From assembly GCA_040285825.1 (NCBI GenBank), contig JAUPSS010000002.1, positions 3,286,001 through 3,350,000 of the forward strand: 64,000 nt of DNA, given 5' to 3'. The DNA is from Eukaryota sp. TZLM1-RC (lineage: Eukaryota; Protista; Metamonada: BaSk clade). How positions within the stretch are numbered: position 1 is the first letter of the stretch; the number at the start of each line of letters is the position of its first letter. The notes below the pieces were generated by a model. The model saw nothing but the letters and a program-made list of their open reading frames with translations. It had not been told where the DNA came from and made no database searches. Below, one piece after another: positions 13,191 through 24,734 of this stretch. The translations under genes and the position numbers were made by a program.

Positions 13191-13311
13191 TGTAGGTATC
13201 TCACTAGTGAGTACCTAAGTATATCGAATAACATTAAATAATATTATCTTTATCTTAACCCGCCTTAACTAACCCATACATACACAGCTAGCATAATGCC
13301 TAACGGCAACA
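13191..13311 (+). repeat. 3' LTR (121 bp) of the gypsy family 1 copy
   Basis: TGT...ACA ends directly after the PPT; both ends are near-identical to the 106-bp LTRs at 38951 and 45703. Confidence 0.88.
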
Positions 13312-14255
13312 ATATATCATCAGAACGAAAATTATTCAATGACAGTGTTTCTGTCAGCAGAAGCTTCTTAATACATGAGATTCTTGCAGTTCGTCCATAT
13401 TAAAAACAGTATCTCGAACAGCATCTTGTAATAAAGGACGATGTGTTATTAATGATTAACAATGCAGAGTATGACACGAAGTAAACTGTGGTGAATTCGA
13501 ACAAATACATTTTTCCATCAATAATAATTGATCAACAGGAAAATTAATATATGATCTCATTTTTGTTACAAACGCTTCATTAGTAGCACACAGTCCAAAT
13601 CTTCGTGACACAATGGTTACAAACAGTAAAGAATCTGTTTCACAAACACCCTTTTCCAATAACAATGAGTGAAGATCTTGATTTCAAAAAGCCGAATTGC
13701 ATGTAGTATTATCAAGATCATTTTCATACATTCACATCAATGGTTTTTGTAATGTTCGAAGAGTGTTTTTCAATTTAGATAATTCTTTTCAGCAATATTA
13801 GCATTAAATGATTGCGGAAAGCGTCGACTCCATTTTTCTACATCGTGTTTGAAATTTCTTTATTTGATGCATAAATAGTGTGAACCTTGAGTTGTCATTA
13901 ATAAATCCTCCTAATCTGCAAATCTTTCGGAAAACTCAAAAATTGCAATTCTGCATCCTTCAATAAATTTGCAATTTCTTGAATAGCTAAAAGGAAACAT
14001 GATTGTTATAACTCAGCAGACAAACTTGAGATTTCGTTACTTGAGTTATCCAGGAATAGACTATTTGTTGTTTCAAAAGGATTTTGTCAAAAAGATCTCT
14101 TCTAGAAAATTCAAAAACAAAATTTATTCCACTGCCAATGAATCCACCTTTGATAAAAAAATTTGATGAATTGAAACTAATACCACCAAGTTGAACATCA
14201 GAAAAAATGATTTTGCAAATTGTTGGACCAACGGATATTGAAAAAACCAAAAAAG
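13312..14255 (-). mobile_element. Two degraded CRE-like fragments (family D about 13312-13975; family E about 13990-14255)
   Basis: Homologous to 21470-21910 (VTIV.RRFGLCATNEAFVTKMR) and to 22300-22530 (IFSDVQLGG). Confidence 0.75.
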
Positions 14256-14289
14256 CCATTTTAAAGAAAAATCCCTCAACAACATATTC

Positions 14290-15522
14290 ATGGTAGATAC
14301 CATTTGTGACAAGGTAGAACTACCTACTTGTGTGTGGCATGACTCTGATGATGACTCCTCCATAGTTAATCTTGCTGATGACTCCCTTCTAAAAAAGCTA
14401 CGACACTCTTTTGACGAATCCACCATTAATGCATCCGAACTCTCTTCCAGATTACAGTCCTACCATGCCTCGATGTCATCTCCTGTCTCCTGGCCCATTA
14501 CTCTCTCCTCTTTGGGTGACCTTCCTCTTCACTGCACTGCTACCTGGTCAATCTCATCAACTATACCTTCATCCTTCCAGAAACCCACTATGCACTGTCC
14601 CAATTCATGGATTTTCTCTTATGAACCGCATGGCAACATCACCCACTCTGACTCACCCTTATGCTCTATTTGCTTCGTCTCCCCCCATATCTTCGCTACC
14701 ACATCAGAGGACAGGGTACTGAGAGTGTACAGAACTACTTTGGGGACAGAGGCGGAAGCACTCTCCAGCACAAGAATTACTGATATTCCAAAACCAAAAT
14801 TATTAAAGCTAAATAAATCGCTCATTGCTTATGGGAATAGACCTTTTTTCCATCTTTTTGATTTGGAAACTCTGTCAACAAAAAGAATGGTTAATCAATC
14901 ATTTGGATTCGATGGGCCAATCATTGATATGGCAGTCGGAAACGGTTTTTTTGGATTTGTTACTAAAAATAGTAACACTTGTCCAATTATTGACTCTAAA
15001 ACTTTAATCAAAACACATCAGGTTTCCTTTGATGGGGGTATCAATTCTATCGCTTTCAATCAATCAAATCTGATGAGTCTTGGTTCATCAAATGGTCTGA
15101 TTGCGGTTTTTGACCTTCGATCATCAATCAAACCTCTGGTTTCTTTTAATGTTCATGATTGTGTTTCAAAAATTCACTTTAAACATAATTTATTATCAAT
15201 TGGCTTGGAATCTGGTTTTTTCGCTGGTTATTGTCTTCATAATTCAGAAATTAAAAAATCTTTTGAAAACGGAAATCTTACAACAACAATAGAAAATATT
15301 TGTAGTAGCCCAGATGGTAAATACGTAGCTTACACGTCATCAAAGGGTTTGATTAAAGTTTTTAACCGGGAAACTAAGATGGTAGCCGGAAACTTTCCTA
15401 ATCAAGCTCAATCAAACCCCAAGATGACGTGCGTTGATTGGAGTCCAAATGGAGGTCTTTTATTAGCTGGCGGCAAAAAAGGATCTGTTCAAGCTTTCAC
15501 AACTGAATTTAATTCTTTATAG
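14290..15522 (+). CDS. UTP18: U3 snoRNP/UTP-B subunit UTP18 (WD40)
   Basis: N-terminal WHDSDDD..VNL..LKKLR motif, GNRPFFHLFDLET, NLTTTIENI..SPDG and VAGNFP, followed by a final WD repeat. Confidence 0.85.
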   Translation: MVDTICDKVELPTCVWHDSDDDSSIVNLADDSLLKKLRHSFDESTINASELSSRLQSYHASMSSPVSWPITLSSLGDLPLHCTATWSISSTIPSSFQKPTMHCPNSWIFSYEPHGNITHSDSPLCSICFVSPHIFATTSEDRVLRVYRTTLGTEAEALSSTRITDIPKPKLLKLNKSLIAYGNRPFFHLFDLETLSTKRMVNQSFGFDGPIIDMAVGNGFFGFVTKNSNTCPIIDSKTLIKTHQVSFDGGINSIAFNQSNLMSLGSSNGLIAVFDLRSSIKPLVSFNVHDCVSKIHFKHNLLSIGLESGFFAGYCLHNSEIKKSFENGNLTTTIENICSSPDGKYVAYTSSKGLIKVFNRETKMVAGNFPNQAQSNPKMTCVDWSPNGGLLLAGGKKGSVQAFTTEFNSL

Positions 15523-16316
15523 TTTTTTCTAGAGTTTATTATAATAAATTAGTCTTTTTTGGGTTTTAATTTTAATTTTAGCACATTTATTTGAAATGGT
15601 ATTTGGTATTTAAACTGAGTAAAATCAATCAGCCGGGTTTAGCTGGTTTTTGGTTTACACATTGAATTTGCTTTCTGTAGAAGAAGATGCGACTTAGTAA
15701 GGACAATTGATTTCAGTTTAGGCAGCTGATGTTTACTGAATTTTTTATGGAAACTCATATAATTTCAGTCAAAATTTAAACACAAAAATATTTTAGAATT
15801 ACCCAATTCATTCCTTGATTGCATTAATCGGATTTCAAATAGAAGAAGTTCATGTTGACTAATAAGAAAAAGTGTAAACTGGTTGTAGTTTTTCAGAAGT
15901 ATTTATTGTAAATTTATTAGTTGAACCTGGAAAACAAATGGGTGATGAATCAAAACTCCTTGTTTTGATGATGAATAGACACTAAAGGTTAGTAGACGGC
16001 ACATCTTTTTGGACTCAAAGGTTACTAAGATAATTCTTGCAACTAAATATTGGAGATTTCTTCATTAAATAAGATTTTCTCTGAAATTCTTGATATTTCT
16101 GATGCGATGAGGTAGAATATATTTCTGGAATTTTGATTAATGATGATATTTCATTTTTGCAAGTATTCAAAATCCAATTGGTTATTGTCACTTATATTGT
16201 ATGTCTAATTAGTGCCAGTATATTTAATTTAATGATTACTGTTCCATTCTAAAAAAAGTGAAAATTATTGAAATTTATCAAGAAAAAATCGCAAATAAAT
16301 ACTAAAAAATATAAAA

Positions 16317-18707
16317 CTAATTAAAACTATTTAAATATTCTAATAAATAAGAATTACTATCAATTATTTTCTTTAACGAAGTAAAATCATCTAAATTTTT
16401 CAAAAGTTGCCTCAAATATGGATCATACAAGGGTTTTCTCAAAATTTTACCAAAAACCTTGAATATTTTGGTAATCCAAACTAACCCAACTGTAGAGTCG
16501 TTAACAACATTCGACAGGGCAGTCAACAAAAACGGCAACTTACCTTCACTCACTGATGACAAACAAAGATCAACTTCCGAAACAGGAATTGCCTTGACTA
16601 ATGATGTCACCAGCTCAGAATTGCCAAGACTCAACGCAATCATTAATGACCGACCAAAATTATTGACTTCAAACGACTTGTAAACGTCATAAGGAGTTCC
16701 ATTTACGTCATCAATATTTCCACCAATAAAATCTTCGTTTTTAAGTAGAATCAATCCAATCGAAGTGGCAGCACAAAGATAAGAATTACAAGGTGAAAGA
16801 GCAATTTCGCTGATTGAAATGGCATTTGAAGCTTCTTTACGTTCTCCAATATCTTTACTATTCAATTTGAGTTTTACACCGGAAAGTGATCGATTATTTG
16901 TAACCGGAAACCTTCCAATCAACAAGGGTAATTGATTGCCATTTTCTGGCAAAGAATATGCACATACAAATCGAGAATTTCCGGCTCCAAATAAAAACTT
17001 CCCATCTGCCGAAAACTGAATAGAACCAAAATACTTGTCATGAGCTTGTTTTTCGGCCGTCAGAGCTGAATTGTCGAGTCTGCCACTGGGGGCATCGTAC
17101 TTGTTGCTTATGGAAAAAGCTTCAGCACCTTGCTCAACATTCCATACGACTACAGTCCCATCTAGGCAAGAGACGGCCAAATATTTGGAATTGGGAGAAA
17201 AGGCAACTGTCACGCATTCTGATTGATGATTGAGGACTTCAGAAGACCGATCACGTGCATAAAGGTCAAAAACTCGAACAGTTTTGTCAAGAGAACAGGA
17301 AGCTAAAAGACCTTTGGATGATGAAAAATCAAGACCAGTGATTGACGATTCGTGACCAGCAAGACTTTCCAAGACTTTGCCAGTTCTTAACTGAAACACG
17401 TTAATCAAAAACTCATCATTTGACACGACAGCAATCAAATCACCCATAGAATCAACAGTCAACTTGCCTAAATTGGTAGAGTTACACGTCATCACACGAA
17501 AGCACTTCCTCTTAATAACATCATGAGCTTTGATTGTACCATCAGAGGAAGAAGTTACAACTACTAAATTTGAACCCTGGCCTGAAAAATCAATTGAATT
17601 CACGGGACAATTATGAGCTCTAAACGACCCCCAACATGTGCCAGTTTCCGGGTTGAAAACCCTCACCATACCGTCATTATTGCCAGTCGCCACAAGCCTT
17701 CCGTCATTAGAATAAGCCGTACAGGTTGGGAGGGGCGAAAGAGAGCCTGTAAACTTGAAAAGGAAAGTTTCCGACTCCCATGACCAGACAGTTAACAAAC
17801 CTGATTGAGCAGAAGCAAAACCAATCAATTCTGAAGATTGATTAATATCACATGCCGTTAACGGAAAGTTTCCAATCGAAAGTGTCTGTATGACGTCACC
17901 TGTCGTGACATCGGCTAGACAAAAAACACCAATGTCTAAACCAAATGAAAGCAACCCTGTCGCACTCATCGCACAAGTTGAAGCAGAAAAATGTGGAGTC
18001 TGTATGTTGGAGTTTGAGTGGAATAAGTGTCGAGTTTTCATTTTAAACCGGTCAGAATCATCAGGGTCGGTTTCCCAAACAACACAGCAGCCATCGGCAG
18101 CAAACGTGATGATTTGATCGATTGATTCATGATTCAAAAACCAAGTACCTATAACGGAAGCCCTATGGGTTGAAAACACCACTGAAGGAGTTTCATCAAG
18201 ATAAGAAAGTCTGGCGGTGCAATCCTCAGAGCCAGTCAACAACATTGTAGAACATGGAGAAAAAGAGAGAGAAGTGATGTTGGAAGTGTGGCCAGTGATT
18301 GTAGTGACTAAAACGAATGGAGGGTTGGAAGGGCAGGGAGGAGGGGTTCGGTAGACACGGACTAGTCGACCAAAAGAGACAGCGAGGAGAGAGAAATCAG
18401 GGGAGAGGGAGGCAGCAGTAACAGGTTTTTTGAAGTTGAATCTGTGGAGAAGACCACCAGATAGAGATTGTACGAGACCCTGGCCGGTGTTATCTATAGT
18501 AAGGACAAGATTTCCATTGGGAGAGATAACGAGACGATCTATTTCAGACCGAGATTCAGCAGGGAGAGTACGCAATGATGATTTTTCAAGGTCATATAGA
18601 ATAACACGATTGCCAACAATGGAGAAGATGGACTTGGACATTGGATGAAAGCGGATGTCACCACCACTGTGGAAGGCCCCACAGAGATTGTGGAAGGTGT
18701 AGTTCAT
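16317..18707 (-). CDS. PWP2: Periodic tryptophan protein 2 (PWP2/UTP1), UTP-B subunit
   Basis: N-terminus YTFHNLCG..SGGD.....VGNRV.LYDL, tandem WD40 propellers, L.VWSWESETFLFK, and a Utp12-like helical C-terminus ending NSYLLEYL. Confidence 0.93.
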   Translation of the reverse strand: MNYTFHNLCGAFHSGGDIRFHPMSKSIFSIVGNRVILYDLEKSSLRTLPAESRSEIDRLVISPNGNLVLTIDNTGQGLVQSLSGGLLHRFNFKKPVTAASLSPDFSLLAVSFGRLVRVYRTPPPCPSNPPFVLVTTITGHTSNITSLSFSPCSTMLLTGSEDCTARLSYLDETPSVVFSTHRASVIGTWFLNHESIDQIITFAADGCCVVWETDPDDSDRFKMKTRHLFHSNSNIQTPHFSASTCAMSATGLLSFGLDIGVFCLADVTTGDVIQTLSIGNFPLTACDINQSSELIGFASAQSGLLTVWSWESETFLFKFTGSLSPLPTCTAYSNDGRLVATGNNDGMVRVFNPETGTCWGSFRAHNCPVNSIDFSGQGSNLVVVTSSSDGTIKAHDVIKRKCFRVMTCNSTNLGKLTVDSMGDLIAVVSNDEFLINVFQLRTGKVLESLAGHESSITGLDFSSSKGLLASCSLDKTVRVFDLYARDRSSEVLNHQSECVTVAFSPNSKYLAVSCLDGTVVVWNVEQGAEAFSISNKYDAPSGRLDNSALTAEKQAHDKYFGSIQFSADGKFLFGAGNSRFVCAYSLPENGNQLPLLIGRFPVTNNRSLSGVKLKLNSKDIGERKEASNAISISEIALSPCNSYLCAATSIGLILLKNEDFIGGNIDDVNGTPYDVYKSFEVNNFGRSLMIALSLGNSELVTSLVKAIPVSEVDLCLSSVSEGKLPFLLTALSNVVNDSTVGLVWITKIFKVFGKILRKPLYDPYLRQLLKNLDDFTSLKKIIDSNSYLLEYLNSFN

Positions 18708-19477
18708 CCTTCAGGTATTTTGAATGAGGTAATCACTTTGATGTTTGATGAATTCAATTTTTTTAAATAAAGAAGATTGTTCCCCAATGTATCAATTGGT
18801 GTCAATTTCTACTTCTGATAGATTCCATAGTTCTCATGTTTCGTGCTTCTAATTTTAAAAAACTATAAGTAGAGATTAAAGAATTTTTCAAACACAGGAA
18901 TTTCTGACCTTGATATTCCTTACATAATAAGGTCACCTCGGGAAACCCTAAACTACCCTTACATTGGGAATAAATCCAAGTAATCCAAAAGTTTTAGCAG
19001 TTTTAGGGACACCTCTCCACTATTTCAAAATTCCACCCTATGCAGAAGTATTTGTAGCTCCCACAAAAGTGATTGGTAATTGTTATACTTGTCATTGGCG
19101 TACAAAGTGCAGAAATCTTAATTAAATTATTTGGGCCTCTGTGTTCGGTAATAATGCTTGATTAGGTAGATGTTTAATAATGTCTTCCGTCTGTGACAAA
19201 TAGTATTGTAAACATTAAGCGTAGTTCAACCATCTGTTCGGTATTGTTTGTCTGAAACCCTGAAACGCTTCTCTTTGATTATTAATACAGCACCAAATTT
19301 AAGCTACAGTTACAATTAAGCAATGCTATGGAAAACCAGCAAACACTATTTGGAAGAAGAAATTGACAGATGATTCTTCACTATTCAAATCAAATACTAA
19401 AGGTAAAATCAACATTGACATTTTTTTATTATAAATTAACAATAGACACGTAATAAACCTAAAGATAAGCACATACC

Positions 19478-20779
19478 TTAACATTCTTCATTTTCTGCCT
19501 TCTTTTCGTTTTTTACCTTTTCAACAGCATCCTTAAACTTGGCACAAGTCTCTTTTGTTCGAAACTTCAGCAAGTAGCTTCCAACGGAATCTTCAATATC
19601 TGTGTTTACTGGTAATGTTAATATCACCTTCTCCTCAGTTGGAGATTCGTACTTTAACTGTTTGAATATAGCTGAATTAATAATCAACTTTAACGTATCC
19701 TTATGTCTCATAACAATACGACCAGAATTGTCTTGACTTTGATTGACTGACACCTCCCCAATTCCTCGAGACACCCAACCAAACTTACCATCTTCATTCT
19801 TCTTCAGGCCATGAACAGAGGCATCAGCCTTCATCAAGACATTTTCATCCTCTTCACCAGTTTTCTTCTCTTGCTCTGGTAGATCAACCACCGGCTTGAA
19901 TGATGGTTCCACCTCCTTCTTCTCTTCATCTCCCTCTTCTTCTTTTAATGAACTACCTCCGCTAGCAAATGGGTTGGTGGCAGTAGATGCGAAGGGAGAG
20001 GAAAGAAAAGGGTTTTCGCTAGGGGGTTGTGATTTGAAAGGAGAAGATACAGAAGTATTTGCAAAAGGGTTATTCCCTGAGAAAGAAGCAAACGGATTGG
20101 TCTGGCTTGTGACAACTGTTTCCTTCTCTTCCTTTTCCTCCTCCTCATCACTACTCTCCTCGCTACTTGACATGGGCTGGTACTGACCGAAAGGGTTGGA
20201 TTGGGGTTGTGCAAAGGGGTTGTCCATTGGTGAAGAGGTGAGTTCAGTAGTAGTGAAGGGAGAAGAAAATAATTTACTTGAGTCGGTTGGCAAGCTCTTC
20301 TCTTCTTCTTTCACTGGTTCCGTTTCTTCTTTTTTTGGAGGGGGAGCAAATGGAGATGGTGCAACAGTTGGTGGTTTTGGAGGTTGGGGTTCGGATATTG
20401 GTTCCTCAGCCTCTTCCTTAACAGGTTCTTCCACTTGTTCTTCCTTCTCCGGTTCAACTTCAGATGTTCTAGATGCAAGTAACTTAAACTCACCAAAAAA
20501 CACCGGATTCACATCAAACATACGTTTAGCACGACCCAGTGGTGGATGAAAGTCTTGTTCCTGGATGCGTAATGACATAGGAGCGGGAGGGAGGTAGGAA
20601 GTGGTAGAAGAGGTAATGGGCTTGGGTTTAGGTGTCGATGTTTTCAAAGTGCGTATCTTTCGTCGTTGAAGAATCTCGTCATCGGCTGGGGTGAAGGTTT
20701 GTGAAAGACTAGAAGAGGTTTCGGTATTACCTTCCAAGGCTTCCCGGGAAGGTAGTGAAGTAGAGCTACGTTTAGGCAT
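19478..20779 (-). CDS. Nup50/Nup2-like nucleoporin with a C-terminal Ran-binding domain
   Basis: N-terminal MPKR...F.PADDEILQRRKIR motif, a low-complexity NPF/SPF repeat middle, and a RanBD (KTGEEDE..W..RGIG..RIVMR..TLKLIIN). Confidence 0.78.
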   Translation of the reverse strand: MPKRSSTSLPSREALEGNTETSSSLSQTFTPADDEILQRRKIRTLKTSTPKPKPITSSTTSYLPPAPMSLRIQEQDFHPPLGRAKRMFDVNPVFFGEFKLLASRTSEVEPEKEEQVEEPVKEEAEEPISEPQPPKPPTVAPSPFAPPPKKEETEPVKEEEKSLPTDSSKLFSSPFTTTELTSSPMDNPFAQPQSNPFGQYQPMSSSEESSDEEEEKEEKETVVTSQTNPFASFSGNNPFANTSVSSPFKSQPPSENPFLSSPFASTATNPFASGGSSLKEEEGDEEKKEVEPSFKPVVDLPEQEKKTGEEDENVLMKADASVHGLKKNEDGKFGWVSRGIGEVSVNQSQDNSGRIVMRHKDTLKLIINSAIFKQLKYESPTEEKVILTLPVNTDIEDSVGSYLLKFRTKETCAKFKDAVEKVKNEKKAENEEC

Positions 20780-20847
20780 AAACTATTATGATGTAGAAAG
20801 GATGATTTGAAAAAGTGACTTTAATTTTTTCCAATTCATTTATTTAA

Positions 20848-20928
20848 TAGTAGAGGAAATCTTGGTTCAATGATAGTCGTCCCATTAGTTATGAGTTAAT
20901 TTAATTAAGTGTGCAAATTCAATAAATA
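20848..20928 (+). mobile_element. Extreme 3' end (about 80 bp) of a family D CRE-like element, forming an inverted repeat with 20976-21056
   Basis: Near-perfect reverse complement of the 3' end of the neighbouring minus-strand copy. Confidence 0.85.
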
Positions 20929-20974
20929 CGTTTTATTAAATTAATTGGGCAAAAATAGTACAATCTAAGAAAAT

Positions 20975-21912
20975 ATATTTATTGAATTTGCACACTTAAT
21001 TAAATTAACTCAATACAAATGGGACGACTATCATTGAACCAAGATTTCCTCTACTAAATCTTGATCTGCTTGCTGTCTAGCTAAAGCTTCTCTTATTCGA
21101 TTGAAAAACCGAGGTAATATATTAACAATGGCAAATTGAATCCGTGAACGCCATAAAAAAATATCAAATCTTTTCATTGTTTTTTCTTGCACCATTTTTT
21201 GGAAGTCATCCAAAAAAGTTTCTGCTTCAACTGATAATCTTCCATTTATCGAAAATGGGAAAGCAATAAAAACCAGCTGTGTATTTCTATCGACATTTGC
21301 CTCTTCAATATCTTTATCATATTTTCTATGTTTCTCTTTTGCTTTAAAATCCAGAGCAGCCACAGGATTAAGTTTTCTTCTGTGAACCAAAGTATCATTT
21401 GCAACATTACATGAGACAAAGTCAACAATAGCTTCAGAATTATCAATCCAATCACAGTATACATCACCTCTATCATCAGAACCAAAATTATTCAGAGAAA
21501 GTGTTTCCTTCAGCAGGGGCTCTTTGATACACGATATCCTTGCAGTTTGTGCCATCTTGTAAACAGTGTCTCTAACAGCATCATGTAATGAAGAACGATA
21601 AGTTATCAATTTAGAGTAATTCAGAGCATGGCGCAAAGTGAGTTGAGGTGAATTCGAACAAACACATTTTTCTTTTGATAATAACTGGTTAATGAAAGAT
21701 GTTCAAATATAATCTCATTTTTGTTACAAATGCTTCATTAGTGGCACACAATCCAAATCTTCGTGGTACAATGGTTACAAAAAGTGAAGAATCTGACGAC
21801 TTGTTTTCACAAACACTCTTTTCCAATAACAAAGAGTGAAGATCTTGATTTAAAACAGCAGAGCTGCATATATTATTATAAAGATCTTTTTCATACATTC
21901 CAGTCAATCGTT
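20975..21912 (-). mobile_element. 5'-truncated CRE-like element family D with TSD
   Basis: RLE ORF 21031-21636 (RSSLHDAVRD, KEPL, RGDV, IVDFV, KHRKY). TAGTACAATCTA flanks both sides (20956-20967, 21913-21924) and extends with indels. Confidence 0.88.
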
Positions 21913-21949
21913 TAGTACAATCTAGAAATCAATAATAATGTCAATAATG

Positions 21950-22540
21950 TCAAACCAGCTCCACATTTGCAAAACAGATCATTGGCAAAGAACAAGGCCA
22001 TAGATAGCAACGCATTCTCATAGCGGTAGTCCATTGGTCGTCGATAAAAATTAAACCATAAATTTGGGGAATTTGATTCAACAAAACTGCAGATGAACTC
22101 TCCTTCAAATCAATCAAAAAATTTGCAACATCAGGGTATTCTTGCTGAGCGGTGCTAAGTCGTACAATAAAATCCGTTCTTTCAAATTTTTTCAAAAGAT
22201 GTCTTTGGAGCTTTTACAGTGCAAACTTCAAAGAAAACAAACTTCTTTCTGGAATGTCTTGAATTACTATAGGGAAACATGATTGCCATAACTCAAGAGA
22301 TAGACTCGATACTTCTTCCATTAAAGTATCCAGAAATAGACTATTGGTTGTTTCAAGAAGATTTTCGGCAAAAGTATTTCTAGAGAATTCCAAAACAAAA
22401 TTTCTTTCACCACCAATGGATGCAGCTTTGGTCAAATACTCTGATGATTTTAAACCAACACCACCAAGTTGAACATCAGAAAAGATATGATCTTTCAAAA
22501 TTGTTGGATCAACTGACATCAAAAAGGCCAAAAAAATCTG
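21950..22540 (-). mobile_element. CRE-like internal fragment, family E
   Basis: HIFSDVQLGGVG..., QIPQIYGL..DDQWTTAMRMRCYLWP. Confidence 0.8.
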
Positions 22541-22750
22541 TACGTATTTTTTTGTATTATTAAAAGTGATTTTATTTTAGTTTTTCAATGCAGCTTTTAA
22601 CACCACAAGATGTCGTCTACGACACAACTTTCAGCTGAGTTTTCTTTTCAGTGCATTTAAACGATGATGAATCTGCTTTTCTATTCTTTTGAATGGTAAT
22701 TGTTGAATAGTATTGTCAATAGTATAGTATTGCAAATTTGGCAAAAATAT

Positions 22751-22823
22751 CGACCCAGGTAGGACTCGAACCCACAACCTTTTAATTCGTAGTCAAACGC
22801 GCTTCCAATTACGCCACAGGGTC
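22751..22823 (-). tRNA. tRNA-Arg(ACG)
   Basis: GACCCTG/TGGGTC acceptor stem, D arm, anticodon arm TTTGA-CT ACG AA-TTAAA, T loop GTTCGAG. A T5 Pol III terminator follows immediately (22743-22747). Confidence 0.95.
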
Positions 22824-22974
22824 ACTGGTTGACATATGCAGAATGTGGAGACCATATTCTTATAGATTTGAACCTTGAATCTTATGAAATCGTTCTGATT
22901 GTTTGCCTCCTGAAATTTAAAGTAAATGCTTTCCCGATAATGTGCAGCAAATACCACCTTGAACACTAGTTGAT

Positions 22975-24290
22975 TTGTGTTAAAAAAATCGCAACAAAAG
23001 TTAACAATAAATTGTGAAGGCTTGGATTTTAATGTTCGTCTTGGCTCAGCCAAAAAAGATAATACCGCTTTTGCAAATTTTTTGTTAGTTGCCCAAAAAA
23101 GTTCCTCTTCGTGTTTAATTACTCAGATTTCTCAAATTTATGGTCTTCTTTTAAATGATACCGAATTTTCTTGTACAATGCGCCTTCGTTGTTTTATTTG
23201 GCTTGGTAACGTGCCTCATAATTTGATTTGTAAATGTGGATCAAAAATTTCTGTTAATCATCTTTTCAATTGTAAACATTTTATTACTTTCCGATCAAAA
23301 GTTCATGATGCAGTAAGAGATCAACTCTATTGTATGTCAAAATTACATAGAATTGTTTCCTATTTAGAACCATTACTCTTCCGATTGGTTGATGAAGATA
23401 CGTTGAATTCTTTTGGTCGAAATAGGGGTGATTTAATGCTTTAAGGTCTTGAAGGTACAACCATTATTACGGATGTGAGATCCACCGATGTGTGTAATGA
23501 TTCTTTTACACCAATGGCTCAATCAAATATAGGGACCCCTTCACTATTTCCGAAAAAGCCAAAATTGACAATTATATAGTAAAATTGTTGTCCTTGAATG
23601 CAGCATAGCATACTCATTATATCCTGTGTCCATTTGCAGTTTCCCTTCATGGCTCGCTTGGACCTCTTGCTTTATCTTTCTTGGATGATTTTGTTGAAAT
23701 TGTGAAACATCGTATTGGAAGAGTTTTTGACAAGAGTTTTTGGCAGAACAGAATTGTTTTCTAAATTTTCAAAGGTGTTGTTCCCTCTTTATCTTCAGCT
23801 TTGTGATCTCTTGGATGCTTTTATGAAAGAAAAACTTCCAGTCAATTCTTCTTGGCTGATTTGGGTTATGAAGATATAGAATTTTAACTTTTTCGTATAG
23901 CTTTTTTTATTGAAATAACTAAAAATGAAGATAAAATAATAATGATTCAGAATCTTTTATCCAATTTGTACAAAAACGACATTCTATATACAATTTCTTT
24001 CCATTTGTGTTTTACTTATTTGGTTCACTCACAACCATTGTGTGTATTGTGTGGAAGATTTTGAACACATTTTGACAAAAACGGCCAGTAGAAAGTTCAA
24101 TAGAATGTTTTCGAAAACAACAATTGCTTTTTCGGTTTCTAAGGGGCTGTTGAAGTAAATTTCTGATGCACTGCTTTGTCTCGAACGTCACAATGAGAAA
24201 GTTTCATCTAGATGTTGTGTTAATTGAGAGATGGATCATTTAGATACTGAATATAAGTTGTTTGATAAATTTATTTCTATTAAAATAAGG
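22975..24290 (+). mobile_element. Two decayed CRE-like 3' fragments (about 22975-23930 and about 23950-24290)
   Basis: HNLICKCG..HLFNCKHFITFRSKVHDAVRD, EPL, NRGDL, FWQNRIVF; the second, more decayed RLE tail follows. Confidence 0.8.
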
Positions 24291-24734
24291 GTAATGACCA
24301 ACGACCCTCTTGTACTTTTACTAGTTGCACTCATACGTTAGTAATTCGAAATCGATTCCAGGTCATTTCGGTAATGTGGCCTTTGAAAACGGTATGGCAT
24401 GTACACCTATCATTTAACTGAATGGAGAATAAATTATGGAAAAAGTCATAACATTTAATATAATGAAAACCAAACACAGTGATTCAGCAAAGATTTTGGC
24501 CAAGGTGAGACCAATTTCCACCGTTTGCTTCATTCTAGAAAGATGTAACAAGACAATTAATTAAGTCAATGTGTATGTAGAGTAAATTTGATCAAGAAAC
24601 TGGACAAAAAAATGAACTTGGGAGCTCATCTAAATACACAACTATTTGATTGAAAGTTCGAAATCAACCATATTTTTGCTTACAAAGGAAAAGCTATGGA
24701 CAAAAAATACTGGCCAGAAACCAGCAAAAAATGC

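Larger units (their letters stand above)
7885..13311 (+). mobile_element. Ty3/gypsy LTR retrotransposon family 1; 5'-truncated, internally deleted and interrupted copy
   Basis: Gag fragment, CCHC knuckle CTFCQKLGHVIAEC, protease IDTVA, RT LDLPKAFWQ/YIDD, RNase H TDAS, integrase CPTC/D..D..E, chromodomain-like tail, PPT at about 13171-13190. Colinear with the element at 38951-45808. Confidence 0.93.

Noticed and set aside
22540-22980. tRNA-gene targeting by the flanking retroelements
   Set aside because: Similar fragments flank nearly every gene here, and the distances (about 150-200 bp) are not distinctive.
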